Positions 49,625 to 59,599 of a stretch of 64,000 bases of DNA are shown here, one piece after another. This stretch comes from an uncultured bacterium. GTDB lineage: Bacteria > Fermentibacterota > Fermentibacteria > Fermentibacterales > JCC-6. Both the position numbers and the translations under genes were made by a program. The notes under the pieces are model-generated. The model did no database searches, was not told the DNA's origin, and saw only the letters and a list, made by a program, of their open reading frames with translations. Within the stretch, counting starts at the first letter, position 1; every line of letters starts with the position of its first letter. Location: assembly GCA_964607515.1 (NCBI GenBank), contig CAZSKU010000001.1, positions 62,968 through 126,967 on the forward strand, written 5' to 3'.

Positions 49625-50707
49625 TCATTCCTGTTCGTAGATCCGGGGCGTCTCCCGGCCTGTCACCACCCTGAGGGCTCCCAGGGCCAGGGCCTCCATC
49701 TCCATCTCCCCGGGGATGACCCGCAGGGGCGCCAGGAAGCCTGTCATCTCCTCTATCCACCCGGTGAACTGCCTGTCGTAGGCGATCCCTCCGGTGATTA
49801 TCACCGCGTCTATGTCCCCCTGAAGCACCGCCGCCATGGCCCCGATCTCCTTGGCGACCTGGTAGGCCATGGCGTGGTAGACCTCCCGCCACTCCTGATT
49901 CCCTTCCCGGATCCGATCCTCCACCAGGCGCATGTCGTTGGTGTTCAGGTAGGCCACGATGCCTCCCTGTCCCTTTATCATTTTTTTCACCTGGTCGTGG
50001 GTGTATCCCCCGTTGAAGCAGAGCTCCGCCAGCTGACCGGAGGGCAGCCCTCCCGATCTTTCCGGGGAGAACGGACCGTCGCCGTCCAGGGCGTTGTTCA
50101 CGTCCACCACCCTGCCCAGCCGGTGAGCCCCTACGCTGATTCCGCCGCCCAGATGGACGACGATGAAATTGCATTCCCCATAGTCCCTGCCCAGTTCCCC
50201 GGCCACCTTTCTCGCCACGGCCCTCTGGTTAAGGGCGTGAAAAATGGACCTTCGGCAGAGGCTGGGATGGCCGGTGTATCTGGCCTGAGGCTCCAGCTCG
50301 TCCACCACCACCGGATCCACCATGAAGGCGTCGCAGCCGGCGCTTTCGGCCAGCTTTGCGGCTATCGGAGCCCCCAGGTTGGAGGCGTGTTCCCCGTAGG
50401 TTCCCGTGGAAAGATCCTTCAGAAGACCGGGGGTCACCCTGTACGTTCCCCCGGGGATCGGCCTTGACAGGCCTCCCCTGCCCACCACCGCCGAAAAACT
50501 CCGGATAGGGTAGCCCGCCTCCTCCAGGGAGCCGAGGATGACCTTCTCCCTGAAGTCGTACTGGTCGAAGATCCTCTGATAGGGTGCCAGTTCCTGGGTG
50601 GAATGGTCAAGCTTCAGCTTCCAGACTTCCTTCTCCCCCTCGAAAACGGAAACCTTCGTGGAGGTGGATCCAGGGTTCACGGCCAGTATTCTGGGCTCTG
50701 GGGACAT
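49625..50707 (-). CDS. buk: Butyrate kinase
   Basis: [47 protein letters not shown]; GGAGG RBS before ATG 50707. Confidence 0.96.
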   Translation of the reverse strand: MSPEPRILAVNPGSTSTKVSVFEGEKEVWKLKLDHSTQELAPYQRIFDQYDFREKVILGSLEEAGYPIRSFSAVVGRGGLSRPIPGGTYRVTPGLLKDLSTGTYGEHASNLGAPIAAKLAESAGCDAFMVDPVVVDELEPQARYTGHPSLCRRSIFHALNQRAVARKVAGELGRDYGECNFIVVHLGGGISVGAHRLGRVVDVNNALDGDGPFSPERSGGLPSGQLAELCFNGGYTHDQVKKMIKGQGGIVAYLNTNDMRLVEDRIREGNQEWREVYHAMAYQVAKEIGAMAAVLQGDIDAVIITGGIAYDRQFTGWIEEMTGFLAPLRVIPGEMEMEALALGALRVVTGRETPRIYEQE

Positions 50708-50811
50708 ATCTCCTCCCGGGGCTGCGTGCTTGCGCCGTATCGGTTGGAATCTATTCCAGCCTTCAGGCCTGCGCAACCAAGCCATGGCCCGGCACCGCAT
50801 CTTTTTTAGTA

Positions 50812-50825
50812 TTGTCGGGCGACAA
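50812..50825. promoter_or_regulatory. Palindrome, possible operator between divergent buk and aspS units
   Basis: TTGTCG-GG-CGACAA, a perfect 6-bp inverted repeat beside a T-rich tract. Confidence 0.3.
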
Positions 50826-50843
50826 CCGGAATGCGCGGGGGTG

Positions 50844-51203
50844 ATGAACGCCGGAAGCGCTTGTGCTGGAGCCGCAGGGGAGTTGGCTTTCCTGCTGAAG
50901 TCACTGGAAAGGCTTGAGGAAGGGTTCCAGCTGGAGAAGGACCAGGCCCTTTCCGCGGGTCTGAAGGAGGCGGAAGCCTTCCGGGAACGGTGCCGGGCTC
51001 ATTACCAGGTAAGGGCTTCGGAGATCGCAGCCCGGGCCAGGCAGCTCAGGTATTCCGCCGCCAGGGCGGGAGCCCTGACGGACGAGATGAACTCGCTGGC
51101 GGACATGATCGAGGCAGGGGCATCGGAGGCATCGGCCCGGTTCTCGGGAACCCCCAACCGCCTCGTGAGGAACATGAAGAGGGCCGAAAAGGAGGAAGAA
51201 TGA
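50844..51203 (+). CDS. Hypothetical helical/coiled-coil protein
   Basis: 119 codons rich in Ala/Glu/Arg; the stop overlaps the aspS start (ATGA). Confidence 0.5.
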   Translation: MNAGSACAGAAGELAFLLKSLERLEEGFQLEKDQALSAGLKEAEAFRERCRAHYQVRASEIAARARQLRYSAARAGALTDEMNSLADMIEAGASEASARFSGTPNRLVRNMKRAEKEEE

Positions 51204-52543
51204 CAACGGTTCCCGCCGGGAAAGCCATGCGCCCCCTGACCAGTCCGGAACTTGCCGGAATGGCGGGGAGCCCGGTCACTCTGCACGGCATGATAATGCG
51301 AATAAGAAGGCTGTCCTGGGGCGGGTTCGTGATCCTGAGGCGCCACGACGGGCTGGTGCAGTGCATCGTCTCCGGGGAAGACGCCCACGAGCGGCTCCGA
51401 AACCTGGAGGAGGAACAGTCGGTTTCAATATCCGGCGTGGTGAAGGAAGCGTCCATCAAGGACCCCTCCATAAACCCCGGCAACGTGGAAATACATGTGG
51501 ATGGAATCGAGGTGATTTCCTCCCCGGGGGGCAAGTCTCCGGTGGATCTTTCGAAAAAGATTCTGGATCTTCATATAGACAACAACCTGGATCTGAGACC
51601 CCTGAGTCTTCGCCACCCCGTGGAGAGAGCCCGCCTGAAGGTTGCCGAGGGAATCTGCCGGGGTTTCAGGGAGTACCTGCAGCAGAACGGCTTTACGGAG
51701 ATTCACACCCCGAAGATATGCCTGGCCGGGGCTGAGGGCGGAGCCAACATCTTTCCGGTGACCTACTTCGACAGGACAGCCTTCCTGGCCCAGTCCCCCC
51801 AGTTCTACAAACAGATCGGGGTGGGCATCTACGAGAGGGTCTTCGAGACCGGTCCCGTCTTCCGGGCGGAACCACATCAGACCAGCCGGCACGTGAACGA
51901 GTACACCTCCCTGGACCTGGAGATGGGCTTCATCACCGACCACACCGACGTCATGAAGCTGGAGGTTGAGCTGCTCGGGCACTGCATGACCCTGCTGATG
52001 GAGGAGTACGGACCGTTGCTGACGCTTCTTGGCGCGGAGGTCCCCGGAATGCCCGCAGAGGTTCCCAGCGTGACCCTGGAGGAAGCCCACCTGATCGCCG
52101 GGGCCATGGACGGCCGGGACTACTCGGCGGAACCGGACCTGGACCCCGAGGAGGAGAGGCTCCTCTGCCGCCACTCACTCCGGGATTGGGGAAGCGAATT
52201 CGTCTTCGTAACCCATTTTCCCACCGCTAAACGGCCTTTTTATACCATGGACGATCCAGCGGTCCCGGGAACCACGAGGAGCTTCGACCTGCTATTCCGG
52301 GGGCTTGAAATCACCACCGGGGGACAGAGGATACACGACCATGGAATGCAGGTGGACAAGATGAGAGCCTTCGGCCTCGATCCCGAAAACTTCGCGGGCT
52401 ACCTGCAGGCCCACCTGTACGGGCTTCCGCCGCACGGAGGGCTGGCCATCGGGCTGGAAAGGCTCACCGCAAGACTTCTCGGGGTGGAGAACATCCGTTA
52501 CACCACCATGTTCCCCAGGGATGTGAAGCGCCTCACCCCCTGA
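51200..52543 (+). CDS. aspS: Aspartate--tRNA ligase, short archaeal-type (probably non-discriminating)
   Basis: 447 aa with no bacterial insertion domain; EGGANIF, LAQSPQFYKQ, FRAE, EYTSLDLEM, GGQRIH, PPHGG.AIGLER. Confidence 0.9.
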   Translation: MTTVPAGKAMRPLTSPELAGMAGSPVTLHGMIMRIRRLSWGGFVILRRHDGLVQCIVSGEDAHERLRNLEEEQSVSISGVVKEASIKDPSINPGNVEIHVDGIEVISSPGGKSPVDLSKKILDLHIDNNLDLRPLSLRHPVERARLKVAEGICRGFREYLQQNGFTEIHTPKICLAGAEGGANIFPVTYFDRTAFLAQSPQFYKQIGVGIYERVFETGPVFRAEPHQTSRHVNEYTSLDLEMGFITDHTDVMKLEVELLGHCMTLLMEEYGPLLTLLGAEVPGMPAEVPSVTLEEAHLIAGAMDGRDYSAEPDLDPEEERLLCRHSLRDWGSEFVFVTHFPTAKRPFYTMDDPAVPGTTRSFDLLFRGLEITTGGQRIHDHGMQVDKMRAFGLDPENFAGYLQAHLYGLPPHGGLAIGLERLTARLLGVENIRYTTMFPRDVKRLTP

Positions 52544-52555
52544 GCAGGGCCGGCC

Positions 52556-53329
52556 CTATTCGAACAGCCTCACGCTTCGGAGAGGCTGAAGGGAGCAGTT
52601 CACCTCGGCGACCAGCAGGGACTCCGGGCTGGTGTAGACCATGGCGGTGAACCGGGCGTAGTGGCCGTCCTCCAGTTGGATGAAGAATCTCGGCGCCGAA
52701 AGCAGGGAGAGGGTGTCGGTCCACAGCGGGCTCTCCGGGTGGGGAGCCTTGAAGGCGTCCCCCAGGGCCGGCGCCAGCATGGCCTGTCTGCCCCCGGGGC
52801 ACCGTCTCGGGTCGGTATGGCCTCCGTAGATCATGTAGCCCATGAGGTCGCGGCTCAGGAAGAAGTCCTGCGGGAACTCGGGGTTTGTAGCGTCCCCCGC
52901 CAGGATGGTGTCAACGCTCAGGGAGAAACCGGGGATGGATTCCTCCGCCGGGGCCACGGCCTGCCCGAGCCAGTTGGTGGCGAGAATGACCCTGGACGAC
53001 AGGGACATGGAGTGGGTGCCGTCCTCCCTCTGGGCCCATACGGCGTAGGTGTGGCAACGGTCGGCCACGTGCTCGCCGGTGGTTCCCCGGAAGTCTCCCC
53101 CCTTGAGCCACATGAACAGGGGGGTGTCGCTGAACCAGAGGCCGTAGTCGTCGATCTCCACGCCAACCGAGTCCCAGGTGAAGAACAGGGTGTCGCCCTT
53201 GCAGGCGTCTTCCCTGAGGGCCAGGCCCGTGACCACAGGCAGGGTTCCGTCGGGGTTCATGGGGCTCTGGGCGTCGCAACCGGCCAGAAACGCCAGAACC
53301 AGGAAAGTTACTAGAGCATGTATTCTCAT
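52556..53329 (-). CDS. Lipoprotein, paralog of 872-1693
   Basis: Lipobox LAGC; GTLPVVTGLAL, FFTWDSV, GGDF..TTGEHVA align with the 872 protein. Confidence 0.8.
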   Translation of the reverse strand: MRIHALVTFLVLAFLAGCDAQSPMNPDGTLPVVTGLALREDACKGDTLFFTWDSVGVEIDDYGLWFSDTPLFMWLKGGDFRGTTGEHVADRCHTYAVWAQREDGTHSMSLSSRVILATNWLGQAVAPAEESIPGFSLSVDTILAGDATNPEFPQDFFLSRDLMGYMIYGGHTDPRRCPGGRQAMLAPALGDAFKAPHPESPLWTDTLSLLSAPRFFIQLEDGHYARFTAMVYTSPESLLVAEVNCSLQPLRSVRLFE

Positions 53330-53384
53330 GGTTGCCCGGCACCTTTCTTTCACACAGGAAGAAACCGCGAGTAAATAACACGAT

Positions 53385-53413
53385 GATATAGCCACGGACC
53401 TGCCCCGTGTCCA
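53385..53413 (-). promoter_or_regulatory. Possible sigma70-type promoter
   Basis: On the minus strand: TGGACA, 17 nt spacer, TATATC; upstream of ATG 53329. Confidence 0.4.
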
Positions 53414-53431
53414 CGGTTGGCTTTTACCGGG

Positions 53432-54238
53432 TCAATCCCGGGCGAGGTCATCCCGCAGAACCCTGAGTTCCCTGTCCTTCAGCCCCTGAAAACGGCCGAA
53501 GGCGTTCATCTCCATGAGAAGAAGCACTGCGGCCTTCTCCGCCAGTTCCACGTAGTCGCAGGCGGTTTCGGGATCCGAACCGAAGGCCAGTATTCCGTGC
53601 TTTCTCCAGATCACGACGTCGGAGCGGGAGAAAAGCTCCGCGGTGCACTTTCCCAGCTCCCATGTGCCCGGGGTCTGGAAGTCAAGAAAACGCAGGCCGT
53701 TCTCCAGAAGTTGTGAAAGCTCCGGATGTGCCCTCCACATGGCGTCTTCCAGGGTCTCGCCCGGCAGGTCGCTGGAGGAAAGGGCCAGCATGGAAGTGGA
53801 GTGGGTGTGTACGATGGATGCCGAAGGCCATCCCCTCCCTTCCGCCAGGGCCAGCACCTGCAGATGCGTTGAGATCTCGCTGGATGGTCTCCGGAAATCC
53901 TCCGGCCAGAGGATTGAATTGCCGAACCTCGAGACCGTAACCGGGACGATGTCGGTTTCCCGGTCTATCATCATCCTTCTGAATCGACTTCCACTGGTGG
54001 TGATCAGTATGGTTCTCCCCGCCAGCGGACGGACCGGTTCGGGCAGCGGCATCGAAGCCTGCGGGTGGTCTTCCGGGGTATACTCTCCCCGGGGGAGAAG
54101 CAGCGATATGTTCCCGGCGTTGCCCTCGCACCACCCCATGATCGCCAGGTGGTTGGCTACTCTGGCGATGTCGAGCCTGTGCCCGGAGAAAACTTCCCGG
54201 TTCGCGTTCTCGCCGGTATCCTTTCGCTGGTCAGGCAA
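53432..54238 (-). CDS. Class II aldolase, rhamnulose-1-phosphate aldolase-like
   Basis: GWCEGNAGNIS, PSSEISTHL, VHTHS and KHGI zinc ligands. Confidence 0.82.
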   Translation of the reverse strand: MPDQRKDTGENANREVFSGHRLDIARVANHLAIMGWCEGNAGNISLLLPRGEYTPEDHPQASMPLPEPVRPLAGRTILITTSGSRFRRMMIDRETDIVPVTVSRFGNSILWPEDFRRPSSEISTHLQVLALAEGRGWPSASIVHTHSTSMLALSSSDLPGETLEDAMWRAHPELSQLLENGLRFLDFQTPGTWELGKCTAELFSRSDVVIWRKHGILAFGSDPETACDYVELAEKAAVLLLMEMNAFGRFQGLKDRELRVLRDDLARD

Positions 54239-55556
54239 AGAGTTCCTCCATGGAGGTTCCGATTATTTCCAGGGCCCGGTCCACCTCGGGACCGGTGATG
54301 TTGAGGGGCGGCCTGAAGCGGACCGATCTGGTCCCGCAGGGCAGAATGATGGCCCCGTTCTCGAAGATGCGTCTGACCAGGTCGTCCCGCCGTGAACCGT
54401 CTTCGAGATCGAAGGCGCACATGAGACCCGCGCCCCTGGCCCCGGAAACATGGCCGGAATGCCTGTTCTGAAGTTTGACGAGCCCCTCCAGCACCTTCGC
54501 GCCTTGGACCCTCACGTTCTGCAGTGTGTTTTCCCTGAGCATTATCTCGATGTAGCCGGTGCAGCGCACCATGTCCACCAGGTTGCCGCCCCAGGTGGAG
54601 TTTATCCGGCTGGATTCCCGGAACACGTTGTTAGGAACCTCGTCCACCCTTTTGCTGCAGGCGATTCCGCAGACCTGGGCCTTCTTTCCGAAACAGAAGA
54701 TGTCCGGAGCCACCCCGATTCCCTGCCAGGCCCACCAATCCCCGGTGAGCCCCATTCCGGTCTGAATCTCGTCGAAAATCAGCATGAAATCGTACCTGTC
54801 AGCCCGTTCCCTGAGCGCCTGGAAGAACTCCCGGCGGAAGTGGTTGTCTCCCCCCTCCCCCTGTATCGGTTCGATGATCAGGCAGGCCAGGTCGTGCCCG
54901 TAGGTTGCCGCCGCGCGGTCTATCTGGGCCAGGGCTTCCGCCTCGGCGGCCTTGACCGAATCCAGATTCTTTTCCAGGGGGAAAACGATGGCGGGCGTGT
55001 CAATCCGGGGCCAGTCAGGGAACTTCGGGAAGTACATGTACTTCCTGGGATCTGCGGTGTTGGTGAGGCTGAGGGTGTATCCCGATCTGCCGTGAAAGGC
55101 CTTTGTGAAATGGATGACCTTGGTGCCCAGTTCACCCCTGCCTGCGGCGATGTTCTTCCTGATCTTCCAATCGAAGGCGGTCTTCAGGGCGTTTTCCACC
55201 GCCAGCGCCCCTCCCGATATGAAGAACAGGTGGGGATGGCTCGGGGGAATCACCGCGTCGGCGAAGGTCTTGATGAACAGGGCCATTTCCTCGGTGTAGA
55301 AGTCGCTGTTGCTGGGGTTGTTCACCGCAGTCTCGCCGAGGTGTTTCAGCCACTCCGGGGAGGTGAGGTAAGGGTGGTTCATCCCCAGGGGTGCGCTGGC
55401 GAAGAAGCTGAAAAGGTCCAGATAGTCCTTTCCGGTGACTGCGTCATGAATGGTGCTTCCCCTGCTCTTCCTGAGATCCAGAGCTATGTCGTACCCATCC
55501 GCGAGTATGTGCCGCCCTATGGTTGACTTGACCTTGTCAGCCGGAATGCGTTTCAT
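54231..55556 (-). CDS. lat: L-lysine 6-transaminase (class III PLP aminotransferase)
   Basis: HILADG, FFASAPLGMNHP, GGALAVENALK.AFDWK, AFHGRSGYTLSLTNT, DEIQTG, FGKKAQV, STWGGNLVDM. Confidence 0.9.
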   Translation of the reverse strand: MKRIPADKVKSTIGRHILADGYDIALDLRKSRGSTIHDAVTGKDYLDLFSFFASAPLGMNHPYLTSPEWLKHLGETAVNNPSNSDFYTEEMALFIKTFADAVIPPSHPHLFFISGGALAVENALKTAFDWKIRKNIAAGRGELGTKVIHFTKAFHGRSGYTLSLTNTADPRKYMYFPKFPDWPRIDTPAIVFPLEKNLDSVKAAEAEALAQIDRAAATYGHDLACLIIEPIQGEGGDNHFRREFFQALRERADRYDFMLIFDEIQTGMGLTGDWWAWQGIGVAPDIFCFGKKAQVCGIACSKRVDEVPNNVFRESSRINSTWGGNLVDMVRCTGYIEIMLRENTLQNVRVQGAKVLEGLVKLQNRHSGHVSGARGAGLMCAFDLEDGSRRDDLVRRIFENGAIILPCGTRSVRFRPPLNITGPEVDRALEIIGTSMEELFA

Positions 55557-55770
55557 AAGGAAATCCTTCCAGTGGTTCCGGACGCGCCCGGTCCGAAAAT
55601 GAGTGTATCAGGCTAATGCAGAATAAGTTTCCGATTTCTAAATCTCGCCCCCCCGCCGTCTCTTGTCAACTCGCGGCCCCCGTTCGCCATATGGTGTCGC
55701 CTCCCCGCCGGGATATATTCCATACTGCATTGTGTCTTCAGCGTGCCATCCCCACAATCATGGGAGAAGA

Positions 55771-56697
55771 ATGATCATGGAACCCATCAGAACCCTTTCG
55801 CAGTTGAAGCAGCTCGCCAGGGACCTTCCTTCGGAAACGGTTTCGGTGGTCCGGGCGGACGAGGTCGAGACCCTTGCAGCGGTCAAGGAGGCGGTGGAGG
55901 GCGGCATGGTCGACTGCGTTCTGGTCGGCCCGGAATCGGGGATCAGGGCGGCGGCCGAGGAGGCCGGCTTCGATCTGAACGGAGTCAGGGTGGTGGACGC
56001 GCCGGATGACCACGACAGCTCCTTTCTGGGGGTGGACCTGATCAGGAAAGGTGAAGCCGGCATCCTAATGAAGGGGCTGGTGGCCACCAGCACTTTTCTG
56101 AAGGCCGTTCTGGACAGGGATCACGGCATCCGGGGGGAAGGGCTTCTGAGCCACGTGGCCGCCTTCGAGGTTCCCGGCTACCATAAACTGCTGATCATCA
56201 CCGATGCGGCCATGAACATCGCCCCGGACTTCGACCAGAAGAGGGAGATGCTCAGGAACGCCATCGTGGTGGCCCGTTCACTGGGCATCGAGCCCCCGAA
56301 GTGCACCTACGTGTGCGCCAAGGAACTGCCCTACGACAAGATGCCGTGCACCCTGGAGGCCGCCCGGTTCCAGGATCTGGCGATGGCCGGCGAGTTCGGC
56401 GACATCCTTTTCCAGGGCCCCCTGGCCATGGACCTGGCGGTTTCCATGGAGTCGGTGCGCATCAAGAAGGTGGAGGGTCCCGTGGCCGGCGACGCGGACC
56501 TGATACTCCTTCCGGACATCGAAGCGGCCAACGTGCTTTACAAGACCCTCATCTTCCTCGCCGGGGGAGAGCTGGGAGCGGTGATAATGGGGGCCAGGAA
56601 TCCGGTGGTGCTCACCAGCCGAGCGGACAGCGCCGAGAGCAAGCTGTGCAGCCTGGTGCTCTCGGGCGTGGTGGCCTCGTACACCGGGAGGATCTGA
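55771..56697 (+). CDS. ptb: Phosphate butyryltransferase
   Basis: AGILMKGLVATS.FLKAVL, LSHVAAFE, TDAAMNIAP, GPLAMD.A, PDIEAAN.L.K, LTSRADS. Confidence 0.92.
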   Translation: MIMEPIRTLSQLKQLARDLPSETVSVVRADEVETLAAVKEAVEGGMVDCVLVGPESGIRAAAEEAGFDLNGVRVVDAPDDHDSSFLGVDLIRKGEAGILMKGLVATSTFLKAVLDRDHGIRGEGLLSHVAAFEVPGYHKLLIITDAAMNIAPDFDQKREMLRNAIVVARSLGIEPPKCTYVCAKELPYDKMPCTLEAARFQDLAMAGEFGDILFQGPLAMDLAVSMESVRIKKVEGPVAGDADLILLPDIEAANVLYKTLIFLAGGELGAVIMGARNPVVLTSRADSAESKLCSLVLSGVVASYTGRI

Positions 56698-56698
56698 G

Positions 56699-57139
56699 TT
56701 GAGGCTGGCGACGGCTTCCGATCACGCCGGCTACCCCCTGAAGGCCTACCTTGTGGAGAGGCTCTCAGCACTCCACCAGGTGGTTGACCTGGGAACCGGC
56801 GACTCCGGGTCGGTCCACTACCCCGTCTACGCCCACAGGCTCTGCCGGGAGGTGCTTTCCGGCTCCTGCCAACAGGGAATACTGGTATGCAATTCGGGCA
56901 TCGGCATGAGCATCGCCGCCAACAGGCACCCCGGCATCAGGGCCGCCCTGTGCCTTGACGTCACCATGGCGTCCTTCGCCCGAAGGCACAACGATGCCAA
57001 CGTCCTGGTTCTGGCCGGGGGGTTCACCGCGCCCTTCCACGCATGGGAAATCGTGTGCGCCTTTCTGGCCGGCGAGTTCGAAGGCGGACGGCACGCCCGA
57101 AGACTGGGGATGCTCGATCCGGAGGACTGCGTTGATTGA
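56699..57139 (+). CDS. rpiB: Ribose-5-phosphate isomerase B
   Basis: SDHAG, CNSGIGMSIAANR.PGIRAA, RRHNDANVL, FEGGRHARR. Confidence 0.93.
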   Translation: MRLATASDHAGYPLKAYLVERLSALHQVVDLGTGDSGSVHYPVYAHRLCREVLSGSCQQGILVCNSGIGMSIAANRHPGIRAALCLDVTMASFARRHNDANVLVLAGGFTAPFHAWEIVCAFLAGEFEGGRHARRLGMLDPEDCVD

Positions 57140-58190
57140 CCTGGTGTGCGGCGCCAGACCGAACTTCATGAAAATCGATCCCCTGGTCAGGGCGGCGGGG
57201 TTTCCCCTCAGGATCGTCCACACCGGGCAGCATTACGACCATTCCATGTCCGGGAGCTTCTTCGAACAGCTGGGGCTGCCCCGCCCGGACGTGTTTCTTG
57301 GCTGCGGGGGCGGTTCCGTCACCCTTCAGACGGCCCGGATTATGGAAGCCTACGAACCCGTTCTGGTCCGCGGGGCTCCCGTGGCGGTGGTGGTTGCAGG
57401 GGACGTCAACTCCACCCTGGCGTGCTCCCTCACGGCGGCCAGGCACGGGGTGCCCGTGATCCATCTTGAGGCTGGTCTCAGGAGTTTCGACAGGACCATG
57501 CCCGAGGAGGTGAACCGGGTCCTCACCGACCAGCTGGCGGACCTTCTGCTGATCACCAGCGCCGAAGCCAGGGACAACCTGCTGGCGGAAGGGCGTCCGT
57601 CGGGCTCCATAGTCATGACCGGGAACACCATGATAGACACTCTTTTGAGGCTTGTTCCGGAAACCCGGGGCATTCCGGTTCCTGAAAAGCCATACGGGCT
57701 GGTCACCCTGCACCGTCCGGGCAACGTGGACCGCAGGGAAAGGTTGTCCGAGATCCTGGCCGCCCTGGGGCGGCTGGAGATGCCGCTGGTCTTTCCTGCC
57801 CACCCCAGAACCCTCCGGAACATCTCCGAATGGGGGCTGGCCGGTTCCATTCCGGAAAACCTGAGCATGTCCGACCCGTTTCCCTATCTGGCGTTCGTCG
57901 CCCACGAGCGGAACGCCTCGGTGGTGATAACCGATTCGGGAGGAGTTCAGGAGGAGACCAGCGTGCTGGGAGTTCCCTGCGTAACCGTCAGGCCGAATAC
58001 GGAAAGGCCGGTCACCTGTCTGCTGGGCACCAACCTTCTCTGCCCTGACCCCGCGGGTATACCTGGAGCGGTGGCGGAAAGGCTCTCCCGTTCCCGGGGC
58101 GCTCCCCCGGAGATTCCCTTCTGGGACGGGAAGGCCGGTGTCCGGGCGGTGGAGGCCGTCAACGCGTTTCTGCGAGGAGAAAGAGCATGA
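57132..58190 (+). CDS. wecB: UDP-N-acetylglucosamine 2-epimerase (non-hydrolysing)
   Basis: GARPNFMK, HTGQHYD, GDVNST, HLEAGLRS, PEEVNR, TDSGGVQEE, RPNTERP; TTG start after GGAGG. Confidence 0.94.
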   Translation: MIDLVCGARPNFMKIDPLVRAAGFPLRIVHTGQHYDHSMSGSFFEQLGLPRPDVFLGCGGGSVTLQTARIMEAYEPVLVRGAPVAVVVAGDVNSTLACSLTAARHGVPVIHLEAGLRSFDRTMPEEVNRVLTDQLADLLLITSAEARDNLLAEGRPSGSIVMTGNTMIDTLLRLVPETRGIPVPEKPYGLVTLHRPGNVDRRERLSEILAALGRLEMPLVFPAHPRTLRNISEWGLAGSIPENLSMSDPFPYLAFVAHERNASVVITDSGGVQEETSVLGVPCVTVRPNTERPVTCLLGTNLLCPDPAGIPGAVAERLSRSRGAPPEIPFWDGKAGVRAVEAVNAFLRGERA

Positions 58191-59599
58191 AAATTCTTCA
58201 GCTGGCACCCGCTGTCCTGATGGGGCTGGCCTGCGGGGCGCCCCAGCCCAGGGCCAGCCGGGCGTCCTCGGACCTGCAGAGGTTCGCCGTGGGCCTTCAG
58301 GGGCAGAACGTGGGCTACATGACCATGACGGTGGAGGAACAGGGGGCCGACTCCCTGCTGGTGACCCAGGACATGATGTGGGTGATCAATCTGCTGGGAA
58401 CCGAGAGAAGGGTTACCATGAACTCCTCCGCCCGCACCGGCCGTGACCTGGACCTGGGATACATATCCATGGTGATGAGCGACGGCACCAGCGACATCAG
58501 GGTTTCCGCCGTACGCCGGGAAGGTTCCCTGGAGACGGTTATAGACACCTCCGGCAGACTGATCAACCGTTCCGTGGAATTCGGGGGGGGCTATCTGCCG
58601 GCGTTCATGGACCTGGCGGCCGCCGGAATGCAATGGACTTCCGGGGAGGAACGGGTCTACGACACCTTCGACCCAACCACCGGAACCATCATCCCCGCCA
58701 CGGTCACCTGCCTCGGGACCGAGAAGGCCGACCTCCTGGGGGATACCGTCACCGCGGTGAAACTCCGGGTGAGCACTGCCGGGATGAACAACCTGGTCTG
58801 GGTATGGGAGGGGCAGATCGTCCGCGAGGAGGAACCCGGCCTGGGGCTTGTGCTGACCAGGGTGCCCCCCGGCACCGACGGAGACATCGAGCCCATGGGG
58901 GACCTTTACCTGGTCTATTCGGTTCCCTCGCCGGTGGTCGAGAACCCGCGTTCCGCAGGAGAAAGGACCTGGTCCCTGGAGGGTGAAATAGACTGGACCA
59001 TGTTCACCCTGGACTACCCGGGGCTCCAGTCATCCCGGCCGGGTCCCCTGGTGACCGTGCACGCCGAGCTTCCTCCGGACTCGGCGATCCCCCCCTTCCC
59101 CATGGCGGGATTACCCGACAGCCTGGCGGAACACCTTGTGTCCGAACCCCTTATCCAGTGCGACGATCCGGCGGTGAAGGCCCTGGCCGACAGCCTCACG
59201 GCGGGGGCTGCGAATTCCTGGGAGGCGGTCTCGGCCATATGCCGGTACGTGGACCTGGCGGTGGAGGACGTTCCCACGGTTTCCCTGCCCTCGGCGGTGG
59301 ACGTGCTGGACGCCATGCGGGGGGACTGCAACGAGCACACCGCTCTTTTCGTGGCTCTGGCCCGAGCGGCCGGGATTCCTTCCGCGGTGTGCAACGGGAT
59401 AGTCTACATCGACCACGGCCGGTTCGGTTATCACGCCTGGCCCGCGGTCTGGGTGGGCGACTGGGTAGCCATGGACCCTACCTTCGGAATGCCCGTGGCG
59501 GACGCAACCCACATCATCCTGGCCATGGGGAGCCTGGAGGACCAGTACGCCATCAACGCCGTAATCGGAAGACTGAGCGTCCGGGAGATCCCGGAGTGA
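58187..59599 (+). CDS. Transglutaminase-like domain lipoprotein
   Basis: Lipobox LACG; GDCNEH..LF.AL.RA.GIP, YHAW, MDPT (Cys-His-Asp triad). Confidence 0.88.
   Translation: MKILQLAPAVLMGLACGAPQPRASRASSDLQRFAVGLQGQNVGYMTMTVEEQGADSLLVTQDMMWVINLLGTERRVTMNSSARTGRDLDLGYISMVMSDGTSDIRVSAVRREGSLETVIDTSGRLINRSVEFGGGYLPAFMDLAAAGMQWTSGEERVYDTFDPTTGTIIPATVTCLGTEKADLLGDTVTAVKLRVSTAGMNNLVWVWEGQIVREEEPGLGLVLTRVPPGTDGDIEPMGDLYLVYSVPSPVVENPRSAGERTWSLEGEIDWTMFTLDYPGLQSSRPGPLVTVHAELPPDSAIPPFPMAGLPDSLAEHLVSEPLIQCDDPAVKALADSLTAGAANSWEAVSAICRYVDLAVEDVPTVSLPSAVDVLDAMRGDCNEHTALFVALARAAGIPSAVCNGIVYIDHGRFGYHAWPAVWVGDWVAMDPTFGMPVADATHIILAMGSLEDQYAINAVIGRLSVREIPE

Noticed and set aside
50708-50843. Cobalamin riboswitch upstream of buk-mcm
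   Set aside because: No GGGAA...GCCCCCGCxACTGT B12-box elements.
55557-55770. Lysine riboswitch upstream of lat
   Set aside because: The leader is too short and lacks the conserved five-stem motifs; only a small GGAC/GTCC hairpin is present.
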